A DNA stretch of 64,000 nt from Octopus sinensis (lineage: Eukaryota), in NCBI RefSeq assembly GCF_006345805.1, contig NC_043006.1, positions 33,666,001 through 33,730,000 on the forward strand, read 5' to 3'. The notes beneath the pieces were generated by a model. That model was given only the letters and a program-made list of their open reading frames with translations, did not search any database and was not told where the DNA came from. Shown here piece after piece: positions 37,398 to 49,654 of this stretch; within the stretch, counting starts at the first letter, position 1, and each line of letters opens with the position of its first letter. Position numbers and translations under genes: made by a program.

Positions 37398-37519
37398 CTG
37401 GAGGGTAATATCAGCCGAAATGTTGTGTTAACAACAAACAAGATGAGGACAAATATCCGTCAAATGTAAATTATGTAAATAATGTACATAATTCCTCATC
37501 TCTTAAATATAGAACTGTA
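37398..37519 (+). mobile_element. 5'-truncated copy of the hammerhead-bearing element at 935-1209
   Basis: ctggagggtaatatcagccgaaatgttgtgttaacaacaaacaagatgaggacaaatatcc ... tctcttaaatatagaactgta matches the reverse complement of 935-1047. Confidence 0.85.
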
Positions 37520-38502
37520 TTGAAATTTATAATTCCTTTTTAACAAACACACAACAAATGAAGCCAAAGAGAAAAAAAAAAACGACAAAATAAAAAGACT
37601 GTAAAAGTTCAGATCAGATTTTTATTACTATTGAGACCCAAGTATTTGGGTCACTTTTAGGACTGCATGCTTTAGACCACAAATACATTTAGCACACAGG
37701 CACTTATATTATACAAACACTAACACAAACACTCACACACACACACACACACACACAAAAGCTTATAAGAAAACACTTATGCACGCTTATATAAAAGACA
37801 CTAACAGATGCTCACATGAAGAGCTTCACACCAACTCAATACTATGGTTGTTCTGAGCACTCTTTCTCATCTGATATTATACTCAAGTGGTGGTGGTGGT
37901 GGTGGTAGAGAGAGTGAAGGTTGAAGAGAGCAGAGTGTGTGTGTGTGTGTGTGTGTGTATGCGAACGTGTGTTTGTTTGTGTTTGGATGTGTATGTTATG
38001 AAAGCATGCTTGCCTGTTTAATTTTTTTTTTTAGTTGAATATTTTGTTTAATTTTATTTATTTATTTATTTTTTTGTTTTGATAATTGGAGCAAATAACT
38101 TCAATCGTTTGTTGATAATATGATAATGAGGTGAAGAGGAGTTGGGGGGAAGGAAGGAGGGAAGCCTAAGATATCTCTTCAATTGCATCTGGGGCATACA
38201 TCAAGTGGGGCAATGAGAAAACAAGACTAACAATAACAACAACAATAACCAAAACAACTGTATTTTATGGGTCGATATAATGAAGCCGTTATGCAGTCAG
38301 TTTAGCAGCCAAATCTGTCACAAACCAAACACTGCCATCTTAAATAAGGAAGAGAGGAAGCCCTCACTTCAATGTATAACACTTTGCGATGGAGATGGAA
38401 TATCTGCCAGTTGGAAACATCTGACTTTGCTTGTATAATAATAATAATAACAACAATAATAACAACAATAATAATAATGATGATAATAATAATAATAATA
38501 AT

Positions 38503-38750
38503 AAAGGGAGCTCAGAAGTATATTAAGCAATTCCCTAGTAACTGCAATCTCAGTGAACTACAAAAGATAACCTTGATGGGTTCAGCCCATATATTAAGGA
38601 AAGCACTCTCCGTCTAAAATGGAATAAATGTGGTGATGATTTTAGCATACATAGCAAAACAAAAGTGCCCTTGCTACTCTTGGCCTCCAGAGGATGCCCA
38701 GTGCCAAGGCAGCTGGAATAAAGTTATAATGAAAGGAAACCATAAATGAT
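38503..38750 (+). mobile_element. 3' end of an R4/Dong-clade non-LTR retrotransposon within (TAA)n
   Basis: KGAQKYIKQFPSNCNLSELQKITLMGSAHILRKALSV* fits the R4/Dong C-terminus (QKxxLxGTAHILRKxL). (AAT)n on both sides. Confidence 0.75.
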
Positions 38751-38774
38751 AATAATAATAATGATGATGATAAC

Positions 38775-39380
38775 AATTTAAGCAAATGTCTTCTACTGCA
38801 GTCCCAGGCCAACCAAAAGCCTTAGGAGTAGATTTTGCAGACAGAAACTGAAAGAAGCTCTTTGTGCTGGCATGGGTTGGATGGATGGTTTGACTGAGAA
38901 CTGACAAGCTGGAAGGTGGCACCAGGCTCCAATCTGATCTGGCAATGTTTCTACAGCTGGATGCCCTTCCTAATGACAACCACTCCGAGAGTGTAGTGAG
39001 TACTTTTTACATGCCACCGGCACAGGAGCCAGTCAGGCAGGCCTGGCATCGATCATATTTGGATGGTGCTTTTTATGTACCTCAGGCATGGGAGCCAGTC
39101 GGGGGGGGGGGAGTACTGGCATCAGCCACATTCGGATGGTGCTATAAATATATATATATATATATATTTCTTTATTGCCCACAGGGGGTTAAACATAGAG
39201 GGAACAAACAAGGACAGACAAAGGGATTAGGTCGATTACATTGACCCCAGTGTGTAACTGGTACTTATTTAATCAAGTCCAAATGGATGAAAGGCAAAGT
39301 CAAGCTCGGTGGAATTTGAACTTAGAACATAACAGCAGATGAAATACTGCTAGGTTATTTCACCCGCTGTGTTAACGATA
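38775..39380. mobile_element. SINE cluster: A fragment (+), C (-, 38862-39140), B (-, 39165-39380)
   Basis: Diagnostic motifs of each family. Confidence 0.8.
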
Positions 39381-40043
39381 TGTATGTGTGTGTATGTATG
39401 CGACTGTATATATGTGAGTATGCATGTGTGTGAATGAAGGTGTGTGTGTGTGTGTGTATGTATGTGAGTGTGTGTATGTATGTGACTGTATGTATGAGTG
39501 TGTGTGAGTGCATGTGTGTGTTACTGCTTTCTTTCCTTGACGTTGCATGACAGCTGTAAACGAATGTCACTGTCACACAAGTGGTGTACTGCATTAAAAA
39601 CATGTCTAACCTTGAGGAAATATTACTTTGTTTGGAAACAGGTGAGGGCTGGCAACAGGTAAAGCAGTCAACGGTAGAAAATTCGCCTCAACACAAAATT
39701 CCATCTGACTTGTGTGAGCTTGGAAAAGTGGACATTAAAACGATGATGATGATGATGATGAAAAAAGCAGATGAAGAATGAAAAGAAAAGAAGAAAGAAA
39801 GAATAAAAAGACGAAAAGAAAAAAAAAATTAGAAAGAGAAGCAAGAAGTGGAAAGGTCATTAGTGGTGAGATTAATCATGAATGTGCAGTGCATTATTGT
39901 AAGAGACTGATTGGTGGTAGTGGTGGTCATGGTTGGGTGGGTTTGACAACAGATTACAAACACTTGGATTGCTGAAACCTGTTACATTTCATTACAGATA
40001 ATTGCACTTCTATGAGAAAATATTGATGTTATCAGCAGAGCTG

Positions 40044-40083
<40 letters not shown>

Positions 40084-40329
40084 AAATGCAGAAACAAACC
40101 ACTAGTGGTGGTGGTGGTGGTAATAGTTGTTGGTTTGTTGTTGTCATTGTTTAACCCCAGGTCTAGGTAGTGGTGGTGGTGGTGCAATGGTTGCATAGAA
40201 AAAGAAAAGATGGATCAGCGTGTGTGTGTGTGTGTGCGTGTTTTGGCCCTTGAAATCAATACAACACATTGTATGAACTCGATTATTAGAAGGAGCAGTG
40301 ATAATGGATGTTGTTGTTTCCTGCAAAGT

Positions 40330-40505
40330 TGACCCTGATCAAGCAGAACTGTGATTCCATTTGTATCTATCAGTCTTTTTAAAAAAAATTTTATTAAGCC
40401 ACAGTATATTGAGGACTACATTACCTAATGTGTTTGTTTCTTGTTTTCTAAAAGGGGTTATTTTGCTGCTATTTCTAGCAGGTTAAGACACCACATAGAA
40501 ACTCT
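40330..40505 (-). mobile_element. SINE-like family E fragment (relatives near 5930, 12600, 15620, 16740, 18440, 52230, 63385)
   Basis: Recurrent motifs gctgctatttctagcagg, gaccctgatcaagcaga and gtcatggctggaat. Confidence 0.55.
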
Positions 40506-40530
40506 TTCATATTTTTATTGCTATACAATT

Positions 40531-41308
40531 AGCTTCTTTCAGTTTCCGTATATCAAATTAACTCATAAGATTTTGGTCAATCTGGTACTATAGTAGAAGA
40601 TACTTTCCCAAGGTGCCACATAGTGGGGTTGAACCTGGAACCATATGGTTGGGAAGCAAGCTTCTTTTCTACTCAAGGCACAAGGCCTAAAATTGGGGGG
40701 AGGGGGGTAGTCGATTAGATTGACCCCAATACACAACTGGTACTTAATTTATCAACCCTGAAAGGACGAAAGGCAAAGTTGACCTTGGCGGAATTTGAAC
40801 TCAGGACGTAAAGACATGAAATACCGCTAAGCATTTCGCCCGGAGTGCTAACATTTCTGCCAGTTTGCTGCCTTCTTCTGCACATATATATTCTTTTCTA
40901 CTCTAGGCACAAGGCCCAAAATTTGGTGGGAGGGGGCCAGTCAATTAGATCAACCCCAGTACGCAACTGGTACTTAATTTATCAACCCCGAAAGAACGAA
41001 AGGCAGAGTTGAACTCAGAATGTAAAGACAGATGAAATACCTATTTCTTTACTACCCACAAGGGGCTAAACACAGAGAGGACAAACAAAGACAGACAAAC
41101 GGATTAAGTCATATATCGACCCCCAGTGCGTAACTGGTACTTATTTAATTGACTCCGAAAGGATGAAAGGCAAAGTCGACCTCGGCGGAATTTGAACTCA
41201 GAATGTAGCGGCAGACGAAATACTGCTAAGCATTTCACCCGGCGTGCTAACGATTCTGCCAGCTCGCCACCTTGGGAAGCAAGCTTCTTACCACACAGCC
41301 ACACCTGC
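40531..41308 (-). mobile_element. SINE A 5' half split by a three-unit SINE B block (40667-41271)
   Basis: 18-bp direct repeat ttgggaagcaagcttctt at 40649-40666 and 41272-41289. Confidence 0.88.
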
Positions 41309-41969
41309 TAAAGGATTCAATACATTATCTGGCTGGATTGACTCTAACCACACAGTCATGCCTACATTCATGCACTCTTCTCCATTATATATAACACCCA
41401 CGTCAACATAGACATAGACACACAGTTATTTTGTTATACGTTTTACTAAATTTCTAGAGACAGACAAAACATATAGTTGGCAGAAGTTTGCGTTCTTATT
41501 TAGTGAGTTATTTTTCATTTTAACTGTGGTTAAAAGAAGGGGAGGAAGAAAAAAAGCCGCAACAACATACATATCTGGCTGTTCCACATCTACAATGAAA
41601 CGAAAGGAAGGAAGGCAGGAAGGAAGCATAGGATGGATGAATGCAAAGAAGAAAGATTTATAATAGATAAATAGACAGAAGAAATATTTAAGTTGGTGAA
41701 TAACTAAAAATGGAGGGTTATTAGTCACTGCGCTGCTATAATGGATGAAACAGATACTAATAGCTGGACGGAAAACAACAACGGCAACAAAGATGATGAC
41801 AACAACAACAACAACAACAACAATAATTTCTATATTTGCCACAAGAGCGACCTAATAGTACAGTGGTTACAAATGGTTACTTTGTCTTGAAACGCTAAAT
41901 GGTCTATTACATGATATTGCCATATGGTATTAATATTTGTGTGTATGTGTGTGTATACACATATATGAA

Positions 41970-42117
41970 TCATCATCATCATCGTTGTCGTCGTTTAACG
42001 TCCGCTTTCCATGCTGGCATGGGTTGGACGGTTTGACTGAGGACTGGTGAGCTAGAAGGCTGCACCACGCTTAATCTGATCTGGCAAAGTTTCTAGAGCT
42101 GGATGCCCTTCCTAACA
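41970..42117 (-). mobile_element. SINE family C 3' part
   Basis: (cat)n ... cgtttaacgtccgctttccatgctggcatggg ... gctggatgcccttcctaac. Confidence 0.85.
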
Positions 42118-42162
42118 CTGAATACATACATATATATATGTATATAAGCATATGTATATGTA

Positions 42163-42563
42163 TCTCTTATTATAAAAGGCAGATTTTATCTGCCTCCCTT
42201 TGGGAGTTATACAAATCTACAATATAGGATTTCTTCAATTACAATTTACCTAGCATTTTTGAGAGTACAATGCATCGCGTCATGCCAGGTCCAGTTTTTA
42301 AAATTTAAACTCCAATTAAGCAAAATTTACAGAAAACTCACATTCTGGTGTGTGTGTCAAATGCTTTTCTTAGTCTGGTTTACACCACACGCAAACGCAC
42401 ACACACAGTGGGCAACGAATAAAGTGAAACTAGATGTAATATTTGTTTCTCTCTATCACGCTGATAGATACATGAGTAAAATGTATGGGAAGCTAACACA
42501 TAAGTGTGAGTGAAAATGTTCTTGGAAGAGAGTAAATAGCCAGAGATAGTGATTGAGGAAGAC
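42163..42563 (+). mobile_element. Helitron 5' module
   Basis: A|TC start. Near identical to 8164-8563. Confidence 0.8.
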
Positions 42564-42631
42564 TTTACATTAAATAACTGTAGTGGCTTGTGTTAGTAAT
42601 AAAGTAAACATACACTCATACATACATACAT

Positions 42632-42668
<37 letters not shown>

Positions 42669-42723
42669 TACACACACACATACATACATACACACATACA
42701 TACATACATATACATACATACAT

Positions 42724-42756
<33 letters not shown>

Positions 42757-42996
42757 TACACACACACACAGTATTGAAGCTTGAGAACAATCAGATACAT
42801 TTGCAACACATCTGTTGAAAATATTATTGTTCACACACATACATATACATATATACATACAGACAGACAGACAGATAGACACACACACACACACACACAT
42901 GATCCAGCATGGCCACAACCTCAAGGCTGAAACATATAAAAGAATAACAGAATATAAATGTGTGCATGTGTGTGAGAGAGAGAGTGTGTGTGTGTG

Positions 42997-43028
<32 letters not shown>

Positions 43029-43049
43029 TGTATGTATGTATATATATAT

Positions 43050-43482
43050 ATAATAATGCGGTTTTTTCAACAGCTTCAACTAAAAGTCAGAGGGGAATGG
43101 GATAAACTACTTATATTAACTTGCTATAAAAGCAGGTAGTAATTTATCTTGTCCTTATTCATAGTGCAAGTTTTGAAGAGTGCATTTCGATTTTAACAGC
43201 TATTTTTTCAAAGCTATATTGGAACAGCCTAGAAGACGAGCCTCATCCTGAAAGATCTGTAGAACTCGACAAGGACATCCTGAAAACCCTGGTGGAACAA
43301 AATCTCATCGTAACTGTTGAGGAACTAGCAGAGAAGCTTGGATTTGGTCATTCAACCATTCATTGAGACCTGTGTGCTATCGGAAAAGTCAGCAAATTGG
43401 GTCAATGGGTTCCTCACGAACTTTCCGAGTCTAATTGCATGCAGAGAGTGAATGTATGCTTTTCTTTGCTGTCACATCTCAC
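43050..43482 (+). pseudogene. Mariner transposase N-terminal remnant
   Basis: From 43226: SLEDEPHPERSVELDKDILKTLVEQNLIVTVEELAEKLGFGHSTIH*DLCAIGKVSKLGQWVPHELSESNCMQRVNVC. Contains the HTH region and the WVPHEL motif. Confidence 0.9.
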
Positions 43483-43501
43483 CACTACTGCGCTATGTAT
43501 A

Positions 43502-44137
43502 TCTATATATAAAACTGTAGTTGTGTGAGTGTCTGTCCCCTTCGATTTAGATTCCTAACTACTCCCACATTTTGCGGTGCAGTTTAACCAAATTCGGGTA
43601 GCTTATAGTCGTGATTCATATCGAGCCCGTCTGAGTATTAGCGCGCGTCTACGATGAGTCTACGATTTTAAAAATAATTTAACATCATTTTTTATTCCAT
43701 TTTAATGCATAATTTTTCGTGTGTCGATGGCGGCGGAGTTGGCGTCCACGCTCACACCTGCACCTGTGGGGAAGGGAGTGTAAGGAAATCAACGTCGTAA
43801 TGCGTTGTCAAGGAGACCAGCGTTCTTTTAGAACAACGACTTCATGGCTTGAAGACACCAAAACAGAAATGGCTAAGAAAGCATCTACATGAGTCTACGA
43901 TTTAAAAAAAAATTTACCATCGTTTTTTTTTCCATTTTAATGCATTTTTTCGCTATTATATAAGGGAAGTAACTCTCTGAAAATGTCTACGATGAGTCAA
44001 CGATTTTTCAAAAAATTTACCATCATATTTTTTCCATTTTTAATGCATTTTTTGCTATTTTTTGGCTATAACTCTCTAAAAATGCTTATATAGTTATTTC
44101 CCTTACAAACCCGAGCAACGCCGGGCGATACTGCTAG
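43502..44137 (+). mobile_element. Non-autonomous Helitron
   Basis: A|TC start. Internal tctacgatgagtc repeats. 3' hairpin cccgagcaacgccggg + CTAG|T. Confidence 0.85.
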
Positions 44138-44358
44138 TATATATATAAAAATACACAACACACATATATATGGAGAGAGAGAGAGAGAGAGAGAGAGAAA
44201 GATGTGTATGTATATATATGTATGTATACATATATACAATAATATACACACATGCATACATACACACAGACCTAATACATGTGCCAAGTGGCTTTTTTTG
44301 CCATTTCATTTGCAACCCTTCATCCCAGCTACACACCAGTGGTTGGGCATGTGCATGC

Positions 44359-44399
<41 letters not shown>

Positions 44400-44654
44400 C
44401 ACGCGTGTGTGCAAATAAGACGAGGAAAAAATTCCAGGTGATTTCAGTGTTGCATGTGGTTGATTCCAAAATCTTCTTCCTTTGTAAAATGTCTTTGAGG
44501 AATGTCAGAAATGATTAAAATGATGGAGGGCTGATCTGGTTGATAATTAGGTATTTAGTTACATCCCTTCATATTCTCTGTTCATATCTCATTAAAATCA
44601 ATTTCACCTTTTATACTTTCAGAAGCCGTAAACTATGTATCTTTAGTATATAAG

Positions 44655-45030
44655 GTGTAGGTATGGTCCTGAGGTAAGAAGTTTGCTTACCAACCACATG
44701 GTTCTGGGTTCAGTCCCTCTGTGTGACACCTTTGGCAAGTGTCTTCTACTATAGCCTCGGGCAAACCAAAGACTTATGAGTGGATTTCATAGATGGAAAC
44801 TGAAAGAAGTCTGCTCTGTGTGTGTGAGTGTGTGTGTTTGTCCCCTACCACTACTTGACAACCGGTGTTGGTGTGCTTATGTCCCTGTAACTTAGCAATT
44901 CAGCACAAGAGACCAATAGAATAAGTGATTTAAAAACTGGGGTTGATTTGTTTGATTAAAATTCTTGATAGTGGTGCTCCAGCATGGCCACAGATTAATT
45001 AGACTGAAACAAGTAAAAGACAAAAGATAA
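44655..45030 (+). mobile_element. SINE family A, full length
   Basis: Head, core and tail. Confidence 0.88.
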
Positions 45031-45116
45031 TATCTATCTACAAAATACTGCCTTGTGCTCATCAAATTAATTTCTTGGGTTCTTCGTTAATGGAAACATG
45101 GTAGAACTATTTAAGA

Positions 45117-45300
45117 CAGGGGTCTCCAAACATTTTAGACCATTGATCCGCTTCATAAAATCCTTGACCCCTAATCGGCCCCTAGGCATGTACAAGAAAA
45201 TAAGTAAGTAATAATAATAATAATTAAATAGATGTGCATTTTCAAGGCATTTATCAAATAGTCTCACTGAAGTTGATATCGACCACTTTGGAGTCCCCTG
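45117..45300. mobile_element. hAT (Charlie-like) MITE
   Basis: TIRs caggggtctccaaa / tttggagtcccctg. Flanks atttaaga / gtttaaaa (6/8). Confidence 0.75.
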
Positions 45301-45394
45301 GTTTAAAATAAAGTACCGAAAGTACAGATACCAAGTGACAAACATGTTTTATGCAATCTGTGCATCCAACAAACTGTATTTTATTTCATTTGAG

Positions 45395-46005
45395 AAACGT
45401 AAAAAGCACCATTCAAGTGTGGCCGATGCCAGTGCCACCTGACTGGCATGTAAAAAGCACCATTCGAGCGTAACTGATGCCAAGGCTGCCTAACTGGTAC
45501 CTGTGCTGGTGACACATAAAAAATAGCATTTGAGCATGACTGATGCCAGTGCTGCCTGACTGGCATCCATGCTGGTGGCACATAAAAAGCACCGTTCAAG
45601 CATGACTGATGCCAGTGCCACCTGACTGGCACCTGTGCCAGTGGAATGCAAAAAGCCCCATTTGAGTGTGGCTGATGCCCATGCCACCTGACTGGCTGCT
45701 CCTGTGCTGGTGGCATGTAAAAGCACCCTCTACACTCTTTGAGTAGTTGGTGTTAGGAAGGGCATCCAACTTGCCAAATCAGATTGGAACCTGGTGCAGC
45801 CTTCTGGCTTGCCAGTTCTCAGTCAAACTGTCCAACTCATGTCAACATGGAAAACGGATGTTAAATGACAATGATGATGAAACATGGATTTTTGCTGGTA
45901 CCACATGGAAAAGCACCTGGTACACACTGGTTGGCATTAGGAAGGGCTGTACCATGCCAAACCATCCAACCCGTGCCAGCATGGAAAATGGACATTAAAT
46001 GATGG
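45395..46005 (+). mobile_element. SINE family C with ~5 internal tandem units, plus a second short copy
   Basis: Repeated aaaaagcaccattcgag..tgatgccagtgccacctgactggca units, then the family C tail. Confidence 0.85.
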
Positions 46006-46034
46006 TAATTCACTCTGGCTGTTTGTTCCTTTCC

Positions 46035-46071
<37 letters not shown>

Positions 46072-46114
46072 TTACATATACTGTCATCAGCATTTTGTTC
46101 TGTGTGTGAAGAAC

Positions 46115-46330
46115 GTGGTGAGCTGGTGGAGCGCTTCAGACAATGTGCTTAGCAGCATTTATTCTGGCTCATTATGTTCAGAGTTCAAATGCTACTGAGG
46201 TTGACTTTGCCTTTCATCCTTCTGAGGGCAATAAAAATAAGTACCAGTCGTGCACTGGGGGTCATGTAACTGACTTACCCCACCCCTCAAATTCGGTGGC
46301 TTTGTGCTGAAATTCGAAGCAATTATTATA
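46115..46330 (+). mobile_element. SINE family B
   Basis: gtggtgagctgg ... gagttcaaat ... gactttgcctttcatccttctgagggcaataaaaataagtaccag. Confidence 0.8.
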
Positions 46331-46467
46331 CGCATGAATCTTTAATAATATACATTTAACTACATAAAACATAATTACATGTCAATTATCACCAAGTCTA
46401 CGTAATTACACTCAAGCACACAGCCAGCCATACATACATATACAAACATACACACATACATACATGC

Positions 46468-46522
<55 letters not shown>

Positions 46523-47064
46523 TGCACACACTCTTGTGCACAAGTATCATAACATACATATACAGATCCAAGCAAACATAGAAACACACACACATATATA
46601 TATAGTACAAATTATTCTTATATAGTTATACACACACACACACACACACATACACATACACACATACATGTACAGACAGATGTTGGAACTATTAAACAGA
46701 TGTTATGTTTTTATTGAAGCTGTTTTCAAAAGTTATTTAGTTGGAAAATTGGTGGGGCGGTGTTTCAATGAGATGAGAGATGTTGAGGATTTGTTTTAGC
46801 AAGTAATTCAATGATGGTGGCGCTAAATAAACTGCAAAAAGTAGTTGAGTCAAGATGATAACCTGAAACTGAAGAAGTACCACTTTTAGCAAACTCGTCC
46901 TCTTACATAACAAACAAGTTTAGATGTAATCAACAGAAAAAATATTTCTTTAAAACAAGCAGTAAATGAAATGATAAAATGTTAACAGAGATGGAAGAAC
47001 AGCTTGAAATGCAAGTCCTTCATGACTGATTTTAGTGCTTCTTTTGATTTTGATAGCAACGCTA

Positions 47065-47310
47065 AGGAGGAGGCAGAGGGGGAGGATGAAGTAGATGAGG
47101 AAGAAGAGGAGGAAAACGAGGAGGATGGCAAAGAAGAGGAAGACATAAAAGTGGATGAAGAGGAGGAGGAAGGAGAAGAGGAAGTGAAGGAGGAAGAAGA
47201 GAAGGATGACAAAGAGGGAGGAGAAAGATGAAGATGAGGGAGAGGAGGAGGATGAAGAAGGAAGATGAGGAGGGGGACGAAGAGGAGAAGGATGAAGAAG
47301 TGGATGATGT
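47065..47310. repeat. Purine-rich (GAG/GAA) low-complexity tract
   Basis: Direct inspection. Yields Glu-rich pseudo-ORFs. Confidence 0.85.
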
Positions 47311-47877
47311 TTTTAGCTGTTATGATTATCCGTATTTTTTTTTTATCTCTTTAACTTTCCGAGTTAAAATTCTGCTAAGGTTGACTTTGTTGTCCATCTT
47401 TGCAGTATCGATAAAATAAAAAGCATCAGTTGATTACTGGGGTAATGTAACTGAACTCCCCCTCCCCTCAAAATTGTTGGCCTTGTGCCAAAATTAGAAA
47501 GAGTTATTATGATGCTGAACACCTGACACCGACGCCATCAACAACAACCTCACCAAAGAATATAACAGCAGAATAATGGAGTGAAAAACTTAGAAAATAC
47601 TTCAGCCTCAATCAACTTTTGATGCTCTTCAACAGTGTTTCTCAACCGGGGTTCCCCAGAGCCCAAGGGTTTTGCAAAAGTTTCCTAGGGATTCCACAAG
47701 AAAGAGTGAGATATGCTGATGCTAATTTCATGATCATTATATTACTATACATGCATGACATATTATTGGTTATTGTAATACTGTAATATAGACATCATCC
47801 TAAATAACCTATTATGCTATCAAAAAAAATATAATAACCATTGGGGATATATTTAGTGGTGTCTGTAATTTATGGAC

Positions 47878-47928
<51 letters not shown>

Positions 47929-48076
47929 CATACATACACACACACACACACATATATAATTAATTAAAAAAAACGAAGAAAATACACAAGATAAAACAAC
48001 ACGAGGACGTGGTACATGTAAAGTATTAGCAGATGCTCAGGGAAGGAAAGAAAGGTAGTTTTACATTTCAAATATA

Positions 48077-48110
<34 letters not shown>

Positions 48111-48904
48111 ATTTACAAAGTGAACTACATTGAAAAAAATATGAGAAAGATATGGTATATAATTTTTTAGAGGTGCAGGGGATGGATGGATGGATGGATA
48201 GGTGGACAGGTAGATGGATGGACAGATGAACTGGTGAATGTGTGGATGCATGAAGGAACACCCCTGACATATGCAATACATACCACTAAATTCTACCAAA
48301 GAATGAATTAGTATTTATTTTCAAATGAGAATAATAATAACAATGCTTGGATTAACTTCCATCATCTCAGTTGATATCAGCTGAAACAGAGCAAGTTGTT
48401 TGTAAAAAGATTGATCATACAAAGCAAACACACACACCCCCACAGAAGTATTTATCAAGCTTATCTTACAAGAGCTCTTGAAATAGATAGCTAACGATTG
48501 AGGAGACCAACCAAACACAGATGGATGCCTCTGTTGGTGAATGATGGATGGATGGCTGGATGTTGAGAGTGGAGGCTGGAGCTGTGTAATACCATTGATT
48601 CTAAGATTGTGGTATGATGGACAACATCCTTAGCTACCGGTACCTTTTATGCTTGAGGGGGTGGGATGAGGGGAGGGGGTTGAAAAGCTAAAAACATTGC
48701 GTGGCACCTTGGGCAAGTATCTTTTATTTATAGCCTTTAGCCAAGGCTTTGTGAGTGGATTTAGTACATGGAAACTGAATGGAGTCCACGGTATATGTAT
48801 ATATATATATATATACAGTATATATATATGTTCTTCGCAATAACAGTGTAGCACAAAACGGCGGTGCATCAGCATGGCCGCAGATCTGAGCTGAAACTAG
48901 AGAA

Positions 48905-48938
<34 letters not shown>

Positions 48939-48942
<4 letters not shown>

Positions 48943-49360
48943 GCTGTGTGGTAAGTAGCTTGTTAACCAACCACATGGTTCCGGGTTCAGCCCCACTGCG
49001 TGGCATCTTGGGCAAGTGTCTTCTACTATAGCCTCGGGCTGACCAATGCCTTGTGAATGGATTTGGTAGACGGAAACTGAAAGAAGCCTGTCGTATATAT
49101 GTATATATATATATAGTGTGTGTGTGTGTGTGTGTGTGTGGTGGGTGTCTGTGTTTGTCCCCCTAGCATTGCTTGACAACTGATGCTGGTGTGTTTACGT
49201 CCCCGTCACTTAGCGGTTCGGCAAAAGAGACCAATAGAATAAGTACTGGGCTTACAAAGAATAAGTCCTGGGGGTCGATTTGCTCAACTAAAGGCGGTGC
49301 TCCAGCATGGCCACAGTCAAATGACTGAAACAAGTAAAAGAGTAAAAGGGTAAAGAGTAA
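48939..49360 (+). mobile_element. SINE family A, full length and low divergence (degenerate copy at 48695-48900 upstream)
   Basis: A box tggctgtgtgg, B box ggttcagcccc, internal (TA)n(TG)n, tail gtaaaagagtaaaag. Confidence 0.92.
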
Positions 49361-49383
49361 TATACACACACACATATACATAT

Positions 49384-49414
<31 letters not shown>

Positions 49415-49422
49415 CATATATA

Positions 49423-49654
49423 TATTTCTTTACTACCCACAAGGGGCTAAACACAGAGGGGACAAACAAGAACAGACAAACGGATTAAGTCGATTACATC
49501 GACCCCAGTGCGTAACTGGTACTTAATTTATCGACCCCGAAAGGATGAAAGGCAAAGTTGACCTTGGCGGAATTTGAACTCAGAACGTAACGGCAGACAA
49601 AATATGGCTACGCATTTCGCCTGGCGTGCTAACGTTTCTGCCAGCTCGCCGCCC
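49423..49654 (-). mobile_element. SINE family B, full-length monomer
   Basis: Minus strand: ggcggcgagctggcagaaacgttagc ... gagttcaaattcc ... gcctttcatcctttcggggtcgataaattaagtaccag. The central block recalls the Meta/MESC SINE domain (from memory, unverified). Confidence 0.9.

Noticed and set aside
47004-47419. Acidic Glu-rich ORFs
   Set aside because: Purine-rich low-complexity DNA with no domain, running into a SINE B.
47633-47885. Isolated hAT-like left end (cagtgtttctcaacc) and mariner-like right end (ggacaccctata)
   Set aside because: No matching partner TIRs or TSDs. Fragments only.
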